Of a stretch of 64,000 nt of DNA, positions 55,606 to 64,000 are shown one piece after another. Source of the DNA: a virus; the IMG/VR virus record IMGVR_UViG_3300032006_002703, positions 1 to 64,000 of that record, one strand, 5' to 3'. The notes below the pieces were generated by a model. It searched no databases. It saw nothing but the letters and a program-made list of their open reading frames with translations, and was not told the origin of the DNA. Numbering within the stretch: position 1 is the first letter of the stretch; the number at the start of each line of letters is the position of its first letter. Made by a program: the position numbers and the translations under genes.

Positions 55606-56647
55606 TTATTAAGTCAAGAAGTATCTTTTTGTTTTTTAGCAACTGTTTTGATAACTCTTTATTCTCTTGCATTTCTTTAATTATTTCTAGAATAAATCTC
55701 CTCTGCTCTATTTCTTTAATTTCTGTTTTTTTATTTTCCCATTTAAGGAAGTCCTTCTCGTCCATATCTCCGAAGTCATTTTTTACTGGTAGACAGAGCA
55801 TTATTTTTTCTGGCGGAAAATGAGATAAGAGCTTTAAATAATTTTTAACGGAAGCTTTAAGGCCTCTATTTTCTTCCTTGCCTAAATCGTTATTGAATGC
55901 AATTATTATTTTTTTTGGACATAAGGATATTAGCGCACAAATTAATTTTGGTGAGATACTAAGACCGAAAGATACTAATGTGTTTTTATGGCCAAATTCT
56001 TGACACTTTAGTAAATCCCCTATGCTTTCCACTAGGATCACTTCATCCTTCTTTAAAATGCACTCCCTGGTCTCGCTATCTGTATACAGTGGATATATCC
56101 AGCTACTTTTTCTTCCAACATGTTTCCACTTTGGTCTCATAGAATTTTGGAGCATATCTCTTCCTGAAAACCCGTGGATTTGTTTATGTTCGTTATATAT
56201 AGGGAATACGAATCTCTGATTTAGTTGTCCCGAGGTCGCTCTCCCTCCTTTAAGATTCTTAAGTATCTTGCTTGAGATTCCTTTATCATTATAGAATTTA
56301 TAATGTGGAAGTAGTCTTTCTAGGCAGGATTCGTCATGAATTTCTTCTAGTTCGATTTTTTGTGGAGCGCATCTTTTACTATAAAGTTCGTCGATTTTAT
56401 TATTTTTAAAATATTTATTAATTTCTTTCGGGTCATTAGTTCCCAAGGTTGCTTGAATTAACCTTTTAAGCGGTGAGAATCGAGTGCCCTTAACGTAATC
56501 TTTCCACACTCCTGTATCTTTGTAGATTTGTATGGCTGTTGTATTGTCTCCATTTCTGAATATCGCATTCGTTTGCCAATAGGCGCCCCTGTCCGAGAGT
56601 TTGTATCCCAGGTCCTCTAGCACCTCCTTAATTTGTTCGCTATCCAT
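55598..56647 (-). CDS. DnaG-type primase (Toprim)
   Basis: RFVFPI, GFSGR, KW, LVESIGD, FNND, DFGDM. Confidence 0.82.
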   Translation of the reverse strand: MDSEQIKEVLEDLGYKLSDRGAYWQTNAIFRNGDNTTAIQIYKDTGVWKDYVKGTRFSPLKRLIQATLGTNDPKEINKYFKNNKIDELYSKRCAPQKIELEEIHDESCLERLLPHYKFYNDKGISSKILKNLKGGRATSGQLNQRFVFPIYNEHKQIHGFSGRDMLQNSMRPKWKHVGRKSSWIYPLYTDSETRECILKKDEVILVESIGDLLKCQEFGHKNTLVSFGLSISPKLICALISLCPKKIIIAFNNDLGKEENRGLKASVKNYLKLLSHFPPEKIMLCLPVKNDFGDMDEKDFLKWENKKTEIKEIEQRRFILEIIKEMQENKELSKQLLKNKKILLDLINE

Positions 56648-56650
56648 AAT

Positions 56651-58174
56651 TTAAAGAGTCGGGACTGTGTTCTCTCGGTCGCCCCCGTCATCAATTAAAG
56701 CTACATCTTCTAGGATCATATGGTCAACCATATCTCTTAGGTCGCCCTTTTCCGTTATTCCAAAGTTTTCTATCTCAAGGTTGATATAATTTTGTTTAGT
56801 GCTTCCGTCTGCTAATTCTACAGGCTGCAATGCTCTATAAACATCTGGACCTAAGTGCCTATGTTTAAAACAAATTAATTTATGGGTGCCAAAGCCTGCA
56901 GGCTCTGAATCTAGTTCGTCAAGCGTTTTCTTTCTTAGGCTAAATAGATGAGAACTAAATTGAGTAATTCTGTCAGAAAGAGAAACGATACTTTCATCGT
57001 CCACAATTGAATCTGAATTTCTATTCGTGGTTATTCCGTACCTATTACTTTGAACACTGGTAATCATTGATATCATAGGATCTCCTTCGAAACATATTTC
57101 CTTTTGAACCAGGGCCTTAAACTTGTCTACCATTTCTCCGACCACCTGCCACTCGTTCTTATTTGAGAATTTCTCTGAGGTTGTCTTGATATAATCAAAA
57201 CTAAAAATCATCTTGTTTCCTCTTCCTACTTTTGCATAATAAAACCTTTTTATAATATTTAACATTGCGTCCACCGAAAGCCCTGCTACGTTATAGTAAT
57301 AGAATTTTAGACTTTTTACCTTAGGCCAAACTGCCCTAACCTTATTGATTACCTCATCCCCAGCTTGTCTCCATTTTCCTGTTTCAAGTAAATGAAGGGG
57401 AACCCCAGAAAGCGCCGCGCACTGACGCATAGTCAGCTCTTCTTTACTCATTTCTCCGTTATCAAAGTGGAGAACTGGAAGGTTTTCTTGAGAGCCTGAA
57501 ACTTTAATCGAAAAATCCATACAAAAATTTGTTTTCCCGACTCCAGATCTTGCAACAATTACTGTTATATTTCCTGGCCTAAGGAGGGATCCGTAAAGAT
57601 CGTTAATTCTAGAGTGAGGTCCTTCTGGGCCAAAGTCTTCTATGGGATTATTTCCCCTCTCTTCGATCATTTGCTCCATCTCTTCGAATATGTTTTCTGG
57701 AGAATCGGAGCCTTCTTGGTAGGTGTTTATTTGCTCGTTGTAAATTGTATCCGCGCTATTAATTATCTCATCATAAGAGGTTGAGTCTGGTAGTGACCTC
57801 ATTTTTTTTGCGACATTAACTGATGCGTCATAAATGCCCCTTCTTACCGAAACTTTTTTTAACTCTTTAGCTGTTTTTATGACAGAGTTTTCTGATATTT
57901 TGCGCATAGACAGAGCTTTAATGTAGTCTCCTATATTTAGGTTATCCTCAAATGATATCCCCAATGAGCTAACCCTTTGGGCTAATATAACCTCATCAAG
58001 AATCTCTCCCGACTCCAAGGCCTGCTTCAGGACGCAGAATATAGTTTTATTTACTAACGAATTTTCATCGTAGAAGTCCTGCTCAGAGATGAATGGGGCA
58101 ACCTCAACATATAAATTAGGATACTTCATCAAACCTGCGAGCAAATGCTGTTCGTAATCTAGTGAATGGATCAT
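56651..58174 (-). CDS. dnaB: Replicative DnaB-like helicase
   Basis: ARSGVGKT, EM, FDYI, SVQSNR; near-leaderless behind TTGACA-17-TATACT. Confidence 0.88.
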   Translation of the reverse strand: MIHSLDYEQHLLAGLMKYPNLYVEVAPFISEQDFYDENSLVNKTIFCVLKQALESGEILDEVILAQRVSSLGISFEDNLNIGDYIKALSMRKISENSVIKTAKELKKVSVRRGIYDASVNVAKKMRSLPDSTSYDEIINSADTIYNEQINTYQEGSDSPENIFEEMEQMIEERGNNPIEDFGPEGPHSRINDLYGSLLRPGNITVIVARSGVGKTNFCMDFSIKVSGSQENLPVLHFDNGEMSKEELTMRQCAALSGVPLHLLETGKWRQAGDEVINKVRAVWPKVKSLKFYYYNVAGLSVDAMLNIIKRFYYAKVGRGNKMIFSFDYIKTTSEKFSNKNEWQVVGEMVDKFKALVQKEICFEGDPMISMITSVQSNRYGITTNRNSDSIVDDESIVSLSDRITQFSSHLFSLRKKTLDELDSEPAGFGTHKLICFKHRHLGPDVYRALQPVELADGSTKQNYINLEIENFGITEKGDLRDMVDHMILEDVALIDDGGDRENTVPTL

Positions 58175-58207
58175 ATTGCTATAGTATAGCAAACAATCCA
58201 ACGAATG

Positions 58208-58486
58208 TCAATCGTTATCTTCGGAATTTAATCCTAAATCTACGGACGTGCCCATTTCTTCCATTTGTGCTAGATATTGCTCCATTGCCTTCCTGAGGCC
58301 CATCTCTATAATTTGAGAGCTTGACTTCGAGATGATGGCAGGGGATCCATTTTGAGCAACAAAGGCTAAAATTAGCCCTTTATTTTCTTCAGCGTCTCCA
58401 GTAAAGGAATATAATTGCTCTAATAGCCCTTCGGGGATAGTGAATTGAGGTAAAGATTCTGGATCAATTTCCATATTGTCATCCAT
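58208..58486 (-). CDS. Hypothetical acidic protein
   Basis: GTGTA-N9-ATG upstream. Confidence 0.7.
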   Translation of the reverse strand: MDDNMEIDPESLPQFTIPEGLLEQLYSFTGDAEENKGLILAFVAQNGSPAIISKSSSQIIEMGLRKAMEQYLAQMEEMGTSVDLGLNSEDND

Positions 58487-58507
58487 GTTATTATATACAC
58501 TACATCT

Positions 58508-58912
58508 TTATATAGCGAATTTTTTAAATAAACCAGAGTCTAAATCATCCGAATCATGAATCTCTATGAGTTTGATATTATTTAATTCACAAAATTCTTT
58601 TTTTTGCTTGTCTCTGCGTAGCTGATGAAGGAAGTTTATTTTTTGATTGTTGTGAAAATGAGGGACATATTTTGTGTGCTGTGCTCCTTGTACCTCTATT
58701 GCTATTTTTTTTGTAGCATTGTAAAAATCTATACTCATTTTTGTTCCTGCTACTGGGAGCTCCTCGAAAACTACTTGGTTTTCCCATCGCGCTTTTAAAA
58801 GCGTTTTTACCTTAAATTGCCTCTTGCTCCTACTGGGCGACTCCCAATCTATTATATACTTTCTGATCTTGCGGACCCTTTTCGTTCCGCCGCTAATGGT
58901 TTTAAAGAGCAT
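58508..58912 (-). CDS. DUF559/Vsr-like endonuclease
   Basis: IDFY...IAIEVQGAQH...RDKQK..FC. Confidence 0.8.
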   Translation of the reverse strand: MLFKTISGGTKRVRKIRKYIIDWESPSRSKRQFKVKTLLKARWENQVVFEELPVAGTKMSIDFYNATKKIAIEVQGAQHTKYVPHFHNNQKINFLHQLRRDKQKKEFCELNNIKLIEIHDSDDLDSGLFKKFAI

Positions 58913-59987
58913 TGCTTATTTTCTGAAAATCCTTATACATAAATTCTGTAATTTCAGGATTTGACTCTAGGTATTCGAGCAGCTTTGGTTCGCCTTGTAT
59001 TTTTTCTGGAACCTTTAATCCTGCGTCTTTCAATTCTTTGATAAGAGAGTCCGCAAAACTTATCCAAGCCCCCTTTTTTTGAATCATGTCAAAAAGGTAC
59101 ATCATATCTATAATTTCTCTTTCCTTCCATATTCCGCCATTTTTCCCGTATTTAATCGGGTATCTAACCTGAGATCCAGTTTTTTCATTTACGGATTTCC
59201 TGAATCGTATTTTACAATAGTGGCCTATGGGGTCTCCTTTATCTGCGAGCTTTGAGGCGGTGGGGTTTTTAAACATAATGTCATTATTATATCTTTCTTC
59301 GAACTCTAGTATGAAATTTGCGTAATGTTTTATTGCGTTTCCTCCAGCTTGCTTTACCTTGGGGCCTCCTCGTGCCGCATATGGATTGGTTGCAACCTCT
59401 ACTCTTATCTGGGATGTAAGTATCATCATGTGTCCCATTTTGGTAATTGGAAGAACCATCTTCTTTAAAAATACAGAAGTTATAAGCGCTCCTCCCGCCA
59501 CTTGTTCTGATTCATCAAATGGCTTATCTATGTCTCCTATTCGACATAATGCGTCAACGCTATCTATAAGAAATAAAAATCTTTTTTCTTCAGGATTGTC
59601 GAGGACTAGCTGTCTAATTAATTCAAAAACTTTTTCAAAGATATTGCAATCAAAAATAAATAATTTTTCTGGATCCCTATCTATTCCAAGCTTGTCTAGC
59701 ATTTCATTTTGCAGTCTTCCTTCACTCTTGACTATCACGACCATGCCATCGTCTTTAAAATGTTCTTGAAAGTTTTTCGCAACAGTTAATGCGCAACTTG
59801 TTTTACCTCCCTCGTTTATTCCTGTAAGTCTATGTGCTCCCGCGCAAAATCCCCCGTCTAGAGCAATATCCAAATTGAGGCTCCCAGAGGAAATTTTATA
59901 GTCTGCATCAGCATAGCCATTGTAGTGATATTTTTTGTTTTCCTTATTTGAGAGGAATTCGTTAATTTGATCTATTGCTCGGGTCAT
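58902..59987 (-). CDS. recA: RecA/UvsX-like recombinase
   Basis: SSGSLNLDIALDGG, GINEGGKT, IDSV, SQIR, GGNAIKHYA. Confidence 0.9.
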   Translation of the reverse strand: MTRAIDQINEFLSNKENKKYHYNGYADADYKISSGSLNLDIALDGGFCAGAHRLTGINEGGKTSCALTVAKNFQEHFKDDGMVVIVKSEGRLQNEMLDKLGIDRDPEKLFIFDCNIFEKVFELIRQLVLDNPEEKRFLFLIDSVDALCRIGDIDKPFDESEQVAGGALITSVFLKKMVLPITKMGHMMILTSQIRVEVATNPYAARGGPKVKQAGGNAIKHYANFILEFEERYNNDIMFKNPTASKLADKGDPIGHYCKIRFRKSVNEKTGSQVRYPIKYGKNGGIWKEREIIDMMYLFDMIQKKGAWISFADSLIKELKDAGLKVPEKIQGEPKLLEYLESNPEITEFMYKDFQKISNAL

Positions 59988-60310
59988 TATTTAAGAAAGT
60001 CTCTGACTGTTTTAAACCTCTTTTCAAAGGTTTTATCTTCACCAGTCTTTTCAGTTAGATTATAAGTTTTTGGCGGTGGAATTCTACGATTAAAGGCTTT
60101 GTATTTTTTGTCTAATAGTTTTTTGCCATATTTTGTTTTAAGAAAAAATAGAGTTTTTAATTTTTCTGGGAAATTGACGGTACTCCAAAAGTCTTCGTTT
60201 GGCATTTTTTTCATAAGCGCTCCCAGCATTTTATATTGTTTAATGTAGTCCGTTTTAGTTTTTAGGGACTCTTTTAAAAGGATTCTTTGCAGGACGGCTT
60301 TTTTGTTCAC
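59987..60310 (-). CDS. Hypothetical basic protein
   Basis: GTG start 6 nt after a perfect TTGACA-17-TATAAT promoter. Confidence 0.7.
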   Translation of the reverse strand: MNKKAVLQRILLKESLKTKTDYIKQYKMLGALMKKMPNEDFWSTVNFPEKLKTLFFLKTKYGKKLLDKKYKAFNRRIPPPKTYNLTEKTGEDKTFEKRFKTVRDFLK

Positions 60311-60327
60311 CGTAGTATTATAGCAAA

Positions 60328-62109
60328 TTAATCTTTCAGTGTCAAGATTTGATGTGTGGGAAAATTGCTAGACACTCGTTTTTTGATAAAGTTATCAAAT
60401 TTAAGATCAATAGCTTCCTTGGTTGGCAAAGAATCCATCTCTCCGACTAAACTTTGAAATTCGGACTCTTTGAGTGTTGCATGGGTTTTTGAAATGTTAA
60501 ATTGATGTACCCTTCCAACTGGAGACTTTATGATAAGAATCTTATCCATAGACTCATCATGCTCAACGATCTTCTGTATTTCTGGCTTATCTATGAGCGC
60601 TTTTCTGTTAATCGTATTTTTAACTTGTTCGTATTTTTTGGTTATTTTTTCAGTAAGGTTAAAAAGTTCTTCGTTTCGTTTTTTGCTAAGGGCTATTTGC
60701 TTTTGAATACTGGCTAATTCTTCCGCGAGATCGCCTCTTCTTTGTTCTATATCTTGCTTGTCTCGTGTTAATTTTTTAATTTCTTTCTCAAGTTTATCTT
60801 TGCTTTTTAGCTTTTCTCTCGATACTTCGTCTAGTTCTTGCTTGTCTTTGTTTAATGCGCTAAGCTTTTCCCCTATTTCTTGACGAGCTTCGCTAAGTGC
60901 AACATCTCTTTTTTCAAGCTTACTCATCTCTTCTTCAATTTTTAATTTTCTTTCCTTAATGCAAGCGTCTTGATCGTCGAGGCTTTTACTTAAATCTTCG
61001 AGTTTTTTTTCTTTTTCGGTTAGCTTTCTCTCGTTAAAAGAAAGCTTTGGGAAATGTTTAATTAAGCTAATATTTGCCGCGATGACGAGTAATATTGCCA
61101 ATGGATCAAATACAAAAATTAATATAATTATTACTATCCTTACTGCTTGTGAGTTGTCAAAGGTTTTGCCTGTAGTATCTGTAATGAGCGCGGCAACATA
61201 TTTTATAGGCCCCACTTCCGCTTCCACTTCAAGCAGGGCGTCCTTAAGACTAAATTTCTCCTTATCTAAATCGTCTATCCTGTCCATTGCTTCGGCGATT
61301 AATTGGTTATATTTTTCAACATCTTCAACTACATTGTCTTCTGCGCTGTATTCTGATTCTTGGTAATTTTCTATTTTTTCCCTAAGTATTGCAACTTGTT
61401 TCTCTGTTGAACCCCGAGCTTCTTGGATTCTGGTGTTAATTGCTAGCATTTGTTTTGCTATAGATTCTCTTTCGGGCTTTTGCTTTTCTTTTAGCTCCTC
61501 TAGTTTTTTCTTTTTGTTCGAAAATAGCCCGCCCTTTGACTCCTCTAGGTCTGCGACCTCTTTGTTTAGTTCGTCTAGCCTTTTCTGGAGTCTCCCTAAT
61601 TCTTCTCTGTCGTATTCGATACTTCTTTCTAGGGCTTCATATAAATCTTTTATTTTTTGCCGCTCTCTTTCGATGTTGACTTCGCTTTTGTCTTCTGAGG
61701 ACTCAACTCTCTGTTCTGTTTTTTCTATTAGCTCTTTTTGGCGAGCAATATATTCTTTCTCTCTATTAATTTTATCGTCTATTTGCTTAATGGATGCTGC
61801 TGATTTATCCATAGTATGTTGGTGTTCTATATGAGCTTTAGAGAGAAATCCGAATATGCCCATGCTTGTTATCCCCATCAGGACGATTACTGCGCCAGTT
61901 AGGTAAGCTTTGATTAATCTCGGCGCCTCTTTCCAATTCCTATGGAGCCAGACCGCTGCGGCAATTTTACCTACTTCTAAAACTGCCCCCATGATTATTA
62001 CTGCAGAAGTAGAGCCAGGGAATATTGTGGCCAAGCCTATAATACTAAAATACGCTGCGATAGCAGATATACTAAGCGCGCAAAATAAAGTAAGTAATGC
62101 AAAGTACAT
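60328..62109 (-). CDS. Multi-TM plus long coiled-coil phage protein
   Basis: ALSISAIAAYFSIIGL, TSMGIFGFLSKAH, EVGPIKYVA, IFVFDPLA motifs, as seen in large T4-like phages. Confidence 0.75.
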   Translation of the reverse strand: MYFALLTLFCALSISAIAAYFSIIGLATIFPGSTSAVIIMGAVLEVGKIAAAVWLHRNWKEAPRLIKAYLTGAVIVLMGITSMGIFGFLSKAHIEHQHTMDKSAASIKQIDDKINREKEYIARQKELIEKTEQRVESSEDKSEVNIERERQKIKDLYEALERSIEYDREELGRLQKRLDELNKEVADLEESKGGLFSNKKKKLEELKEKQKPERESIAKQMLAINTRIQEARGSTEKQVAILREKIENYQESEYSAEDNVVEDVEKYNQLIAEAMDRIDDLDKEKFSLKDALLEVEAEVGPIKYVAALITDTTGKTFDNSQAVRIVIIILIFVFDPLAILLVIAANISLIKHFPKLSFNERKLTEKEKKLEDLSKSLDDQDACIKERKLKIEEEMSKLEKRDVALSEARQEIGEKLSALNKDKQELDEVSREKLKSKDKLEKEIKKLTRDKQDIEQRRGDLAEELASIQKQIALSKKRNEELFNLTEKITKKYEQVKNTINRKALIDKPEIQKIVEHDESMDKILIIKSPVGRVHQFNISKTHATLKESEFQSLVGEMDSLPTKEAIDLKFDNFIKKRVSSNFPTHQILTLKD

Positions 62110-62113
62110 TGAT

Positions 62114-63268
62114 TTATGTATTATTTAAGTTTCTACTGGAGTTTGGATATTGAAATGCTGCGTCGAATTCTGAAGATCCAGCTATTGTCGCTCTATTGCT
62201 ATTTGCGTAATGCCCTTTTTTGTCATTTCCGTAATAGCCAGTCTCGCCTTTAACTTTTGTAAGATCTGGCGTTTGGTTAGAGGTGGGAATGTGAATTGTT
62301 TCTCCAGCGGCATTAATTGCATATTTATAAGTCGCCCAAGATGCCCCGTCAATCACTAAATTTTGGTCAGTCCATATTGAGTTATCGCCGCTGGTTGTTT
62401 CTTCGAGTAAATTTAAAAACTCATACCTTTGTAATCTCGAAGTTAGCGTCCCAAGGTCGCCTGTATCATTTTCATTGCCTGTAAATCCGTCCTCTGGCAC
62501 CTGTTTCCCAAGTGGAATCCAGGAAGGAAGGATAGTGTTGTCCGCGCTACGCCTTGGAAAGGAGGGTGAGGGGTGTGTGGTTGGAGGTACTGTCCCGCTT
62601 GCTTTATAATACATTCCGTCCGAGTCCTTAATGATGGAGTTGTTTGAGTATGTGGCTAGAGGGTCTCTATTCGATGCGCCATCTATTTGCGCCTGAGTTA
62701 AGGTTGACATCGCTGCAATAACTAGCGGCTGACTTGCAGTTTCTGAATCGGATATTCTGGCGATTATGAGCGGGGCCGAGTTTGTCCCATCCGCCTTAGT
62801 ACCATGAGTTCCCCTTGACCAATGCGAAAAAGAGGTATTCCAATAAGGCTCGTTTGCTAAGGGCGCAAAGCATGCATACCTTACTTTAATTTTTTTCCAT
62901 TTATTACTTAAGCTAGGGCTTGTTGCTAAATCTCCTCCGCTAATATCACTAATCAGCTGAAAGTAGTCTTCAGAGTCAGACCCGACAATGTCCCCTATGA
63001 CATAAGGCTGTCCGTTTACCCATGGCGCTATATTGGGGTCGTCATAGTTGAGTTTAGTTGTAAATTCTGCGGTCCCCGCATTTACTGTGGATTCTGTTTT
63101 ATTATCTAGCCAATGTTGCACCCAGAATGTTTGATTATATCTGTATTCACCAGCTCCAATGCTAATGCCAGTGATTTTAAACGTTTCCTTTGGTACGGGA
63201 GATCGAAAGTCAACAATTGTGTAGGGGTGGGGGCGGGAATCGTTTGAATATCTAAAGGAGGAGTTCAT
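62114..63268 (-). CDS. Putative virion protein with CBM5/12-like repeats
   Basis: WVNGQPYVIGDIV...W; T/S/G-rich; GTGTA-N9-ATG upstream. Confidence 0.5.
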   Translation of the reverse strand: MNSSFRYSNDSRPHPYTIVDFRSPVPKETFKITGISIGAGEYRYNQTFWVQHWLDNKTESTVNAGTAEFTTKLNYDDPNIAPWVNGQPYVIGDIVGSDSEDYFQLISDISGGDLATSPSLSNKWKKIKVRYACFAPLANEPYWNTSFSHWSRGTHGTKADGTNSAPLIIARISDSETASQPLVIAAMSTLTQAQIDGASNRDPLATYSNNSIIKDSDGMYYKASGTVPPTTHPSPSFPRRSADNTILPSWIPLGKQVPEDGFTGNENDTGDLGTLTSRLQRYEFLNLLEETTSGDNSIWTDQNLVIDGASWATYKYAINAAGETIHIPTSNQTPDLTKVKGETGYYGNDKKGHYANSNRATIAGSSEFDAAFQYPNSSRNLNNT

Positions 63269-63276
63269 GTCTTTTA

Positions 63277-63852
63277 TTACACCTCTTTGTTTGGCTTCGG
63301 GCAGATTTTTGAAATCATTTGATTTCTATTTTTCCCCGCATAGTACCAATGCCAGGCAATATCTTCCCTCATTTTTTTAATTTCAGCCTCCTTTTTATTG
63401 AGTTGATTCTCTAGTAGATCTAAGCACCTCATGTCAAGATGTGATAGGTCAATTTCTAACTCGACTGCTATCTTTAGTAGAGAATCTACGTCCTTTTTGT
63501 TTTTTGCCTTCGTTGCTTTATTATAGAGGGCTTGTTTTTTCTCTGCTTCGCTTTTTGGTTTATTTATAAGTTTGTCTGGGTGGGTTAGGATTACAATTTT
63601 TCTATAAAGGTCTTTTATCTGTGTTGAGGAAAATATTAGATCCTCTTGTTCTGTTGCTGCTTTTTTTCCTGGAGGGTCTTGGGTTAGGGGGTTTGGTATG
63701 TCGTTTTCTTTGCAATGAGTTATTATTGCCTCTACCCATTCCTTTTTAGCTTCTAGGAAAATTTCTCTGGTTTCATTATAATCTAATTCTATATATTTAG
63801 ATTTATATTTAAGTTTTCGAAACCTGGAGGATTTTTGTTCGTCAGGATTCAT
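63277..63852 (-). CDS. J-domain (DnaJ-like) protein
   Basis: IKDLYRKIVILTHPDK HPD motif. Confidence 0.8.
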   Translation of the reverse strand: MNPDEQKSSRFRKLKYKSKYIELDYNETREIFLEAKKEWVEAIITHCKENDIPNPLTQDPPGKKAATEQEDLIFSSTQIKDLYRKIVILTHPDKLINKPKSEAEKKQALYNKATKAKNKKDVDSLLKIAVELEIDLSHLDMRCLDLLENQLNKKEAEIKKMREDIAWHWYYAGKNRNQMISKICPKPNKEV

Positions 63853-63866
63853 GCAGCTAAATACAC

Positions 63867-63897
63867 AAAAAAAAGGGCGGGGAAAGCCCCCGCCCTT
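63867..63897 (-). terminator. Rho-independent terminator
   Basis: Minus strand AAGGGCGGGG-loop-CCCCGCCCTT followed by a T run. Confidence 0.85.
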
Positions 63898-63920
63898 AGG
63901 TTAACAGTTTATCTCAACTA

Positions 63921-64000
63921 TTACAATGAAGCAATATAGTCGAGGCTATAATCTGCGCTAGGCGTTTCATCCGAGAAGATGAAGGTAGCCCCCGAGGTGG
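63921..64000 (-). CDS. 3' end of a gene entering from the right edge
   Basis: Open frame ...TSGATFIFSDETPSADYSLDYIASL* upstream of the terminator. Confidence 0.6.
   Translation of the reverse strand, partial: TSGATFIFSDETPSADYSLDYIASL

Noticed and set aside
25826-58174. Inteins or introns in terL, dnaE, nrdA, nrdB and dnaB
   Set aside because: Lengths are ordinary, and I saw no intein splice motifs or embedded homing endonuclease.

Overview
This window is most likely a 64-kb piece of a large lytic tailed-phage genome (standard genetic code). A PVC-superphylum host, probably Verrucomicrobia, is inferred from a Tat-signal DUF1501 protein, a Chlamydia-type R2c ribonucleotide reductase and an NFTPRAQ-type ClpC. 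Layout: (1) 1-4.9 kb, an early region of tiny genes behind near-consensus sigma70 promoters, mostly leaderless, punctuated by four 75-bp elements (25-bp palindrome / 25-bp GC-rich spacer / 25-bp palindrome); (2) 5-8.6 kb, Hsp20, two tRNA-Ser and PhoH; (3) 8.6-16.3 kb, a sugar-modification operon with an amidinotransferase, aminotransferase, deacetylases, a 2OG oxygenase and glycosyltransferases; (4) 16-22.7 kb, virion/fibre genes, an orphan antitoxin and possible lysis genes; (5) 22.7-32.8 kb, phage sigma factor, ERCC4 nuclease, terminase, prohead protease-scaffold and capsid; (6) 32.8-43.4 kb, ClpC, a split DnaE with exonuclease and SET genes between the halves, and NrdAB; (7) 43.4-54.1 kb, host-like envelope genes and a complete fadI-fadJ-fadE beta-oxidation operon; (8) 54-64 kb, NUDIX, nucleases, primase, DnaB, RecA and a J-domain protein. 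A second promoter-like motif (GTGTA-N9/10-start codon) recurs throughout, and CCGG appears to be avoided. Family assignments come from motif recognition by eye; no database searches were run.
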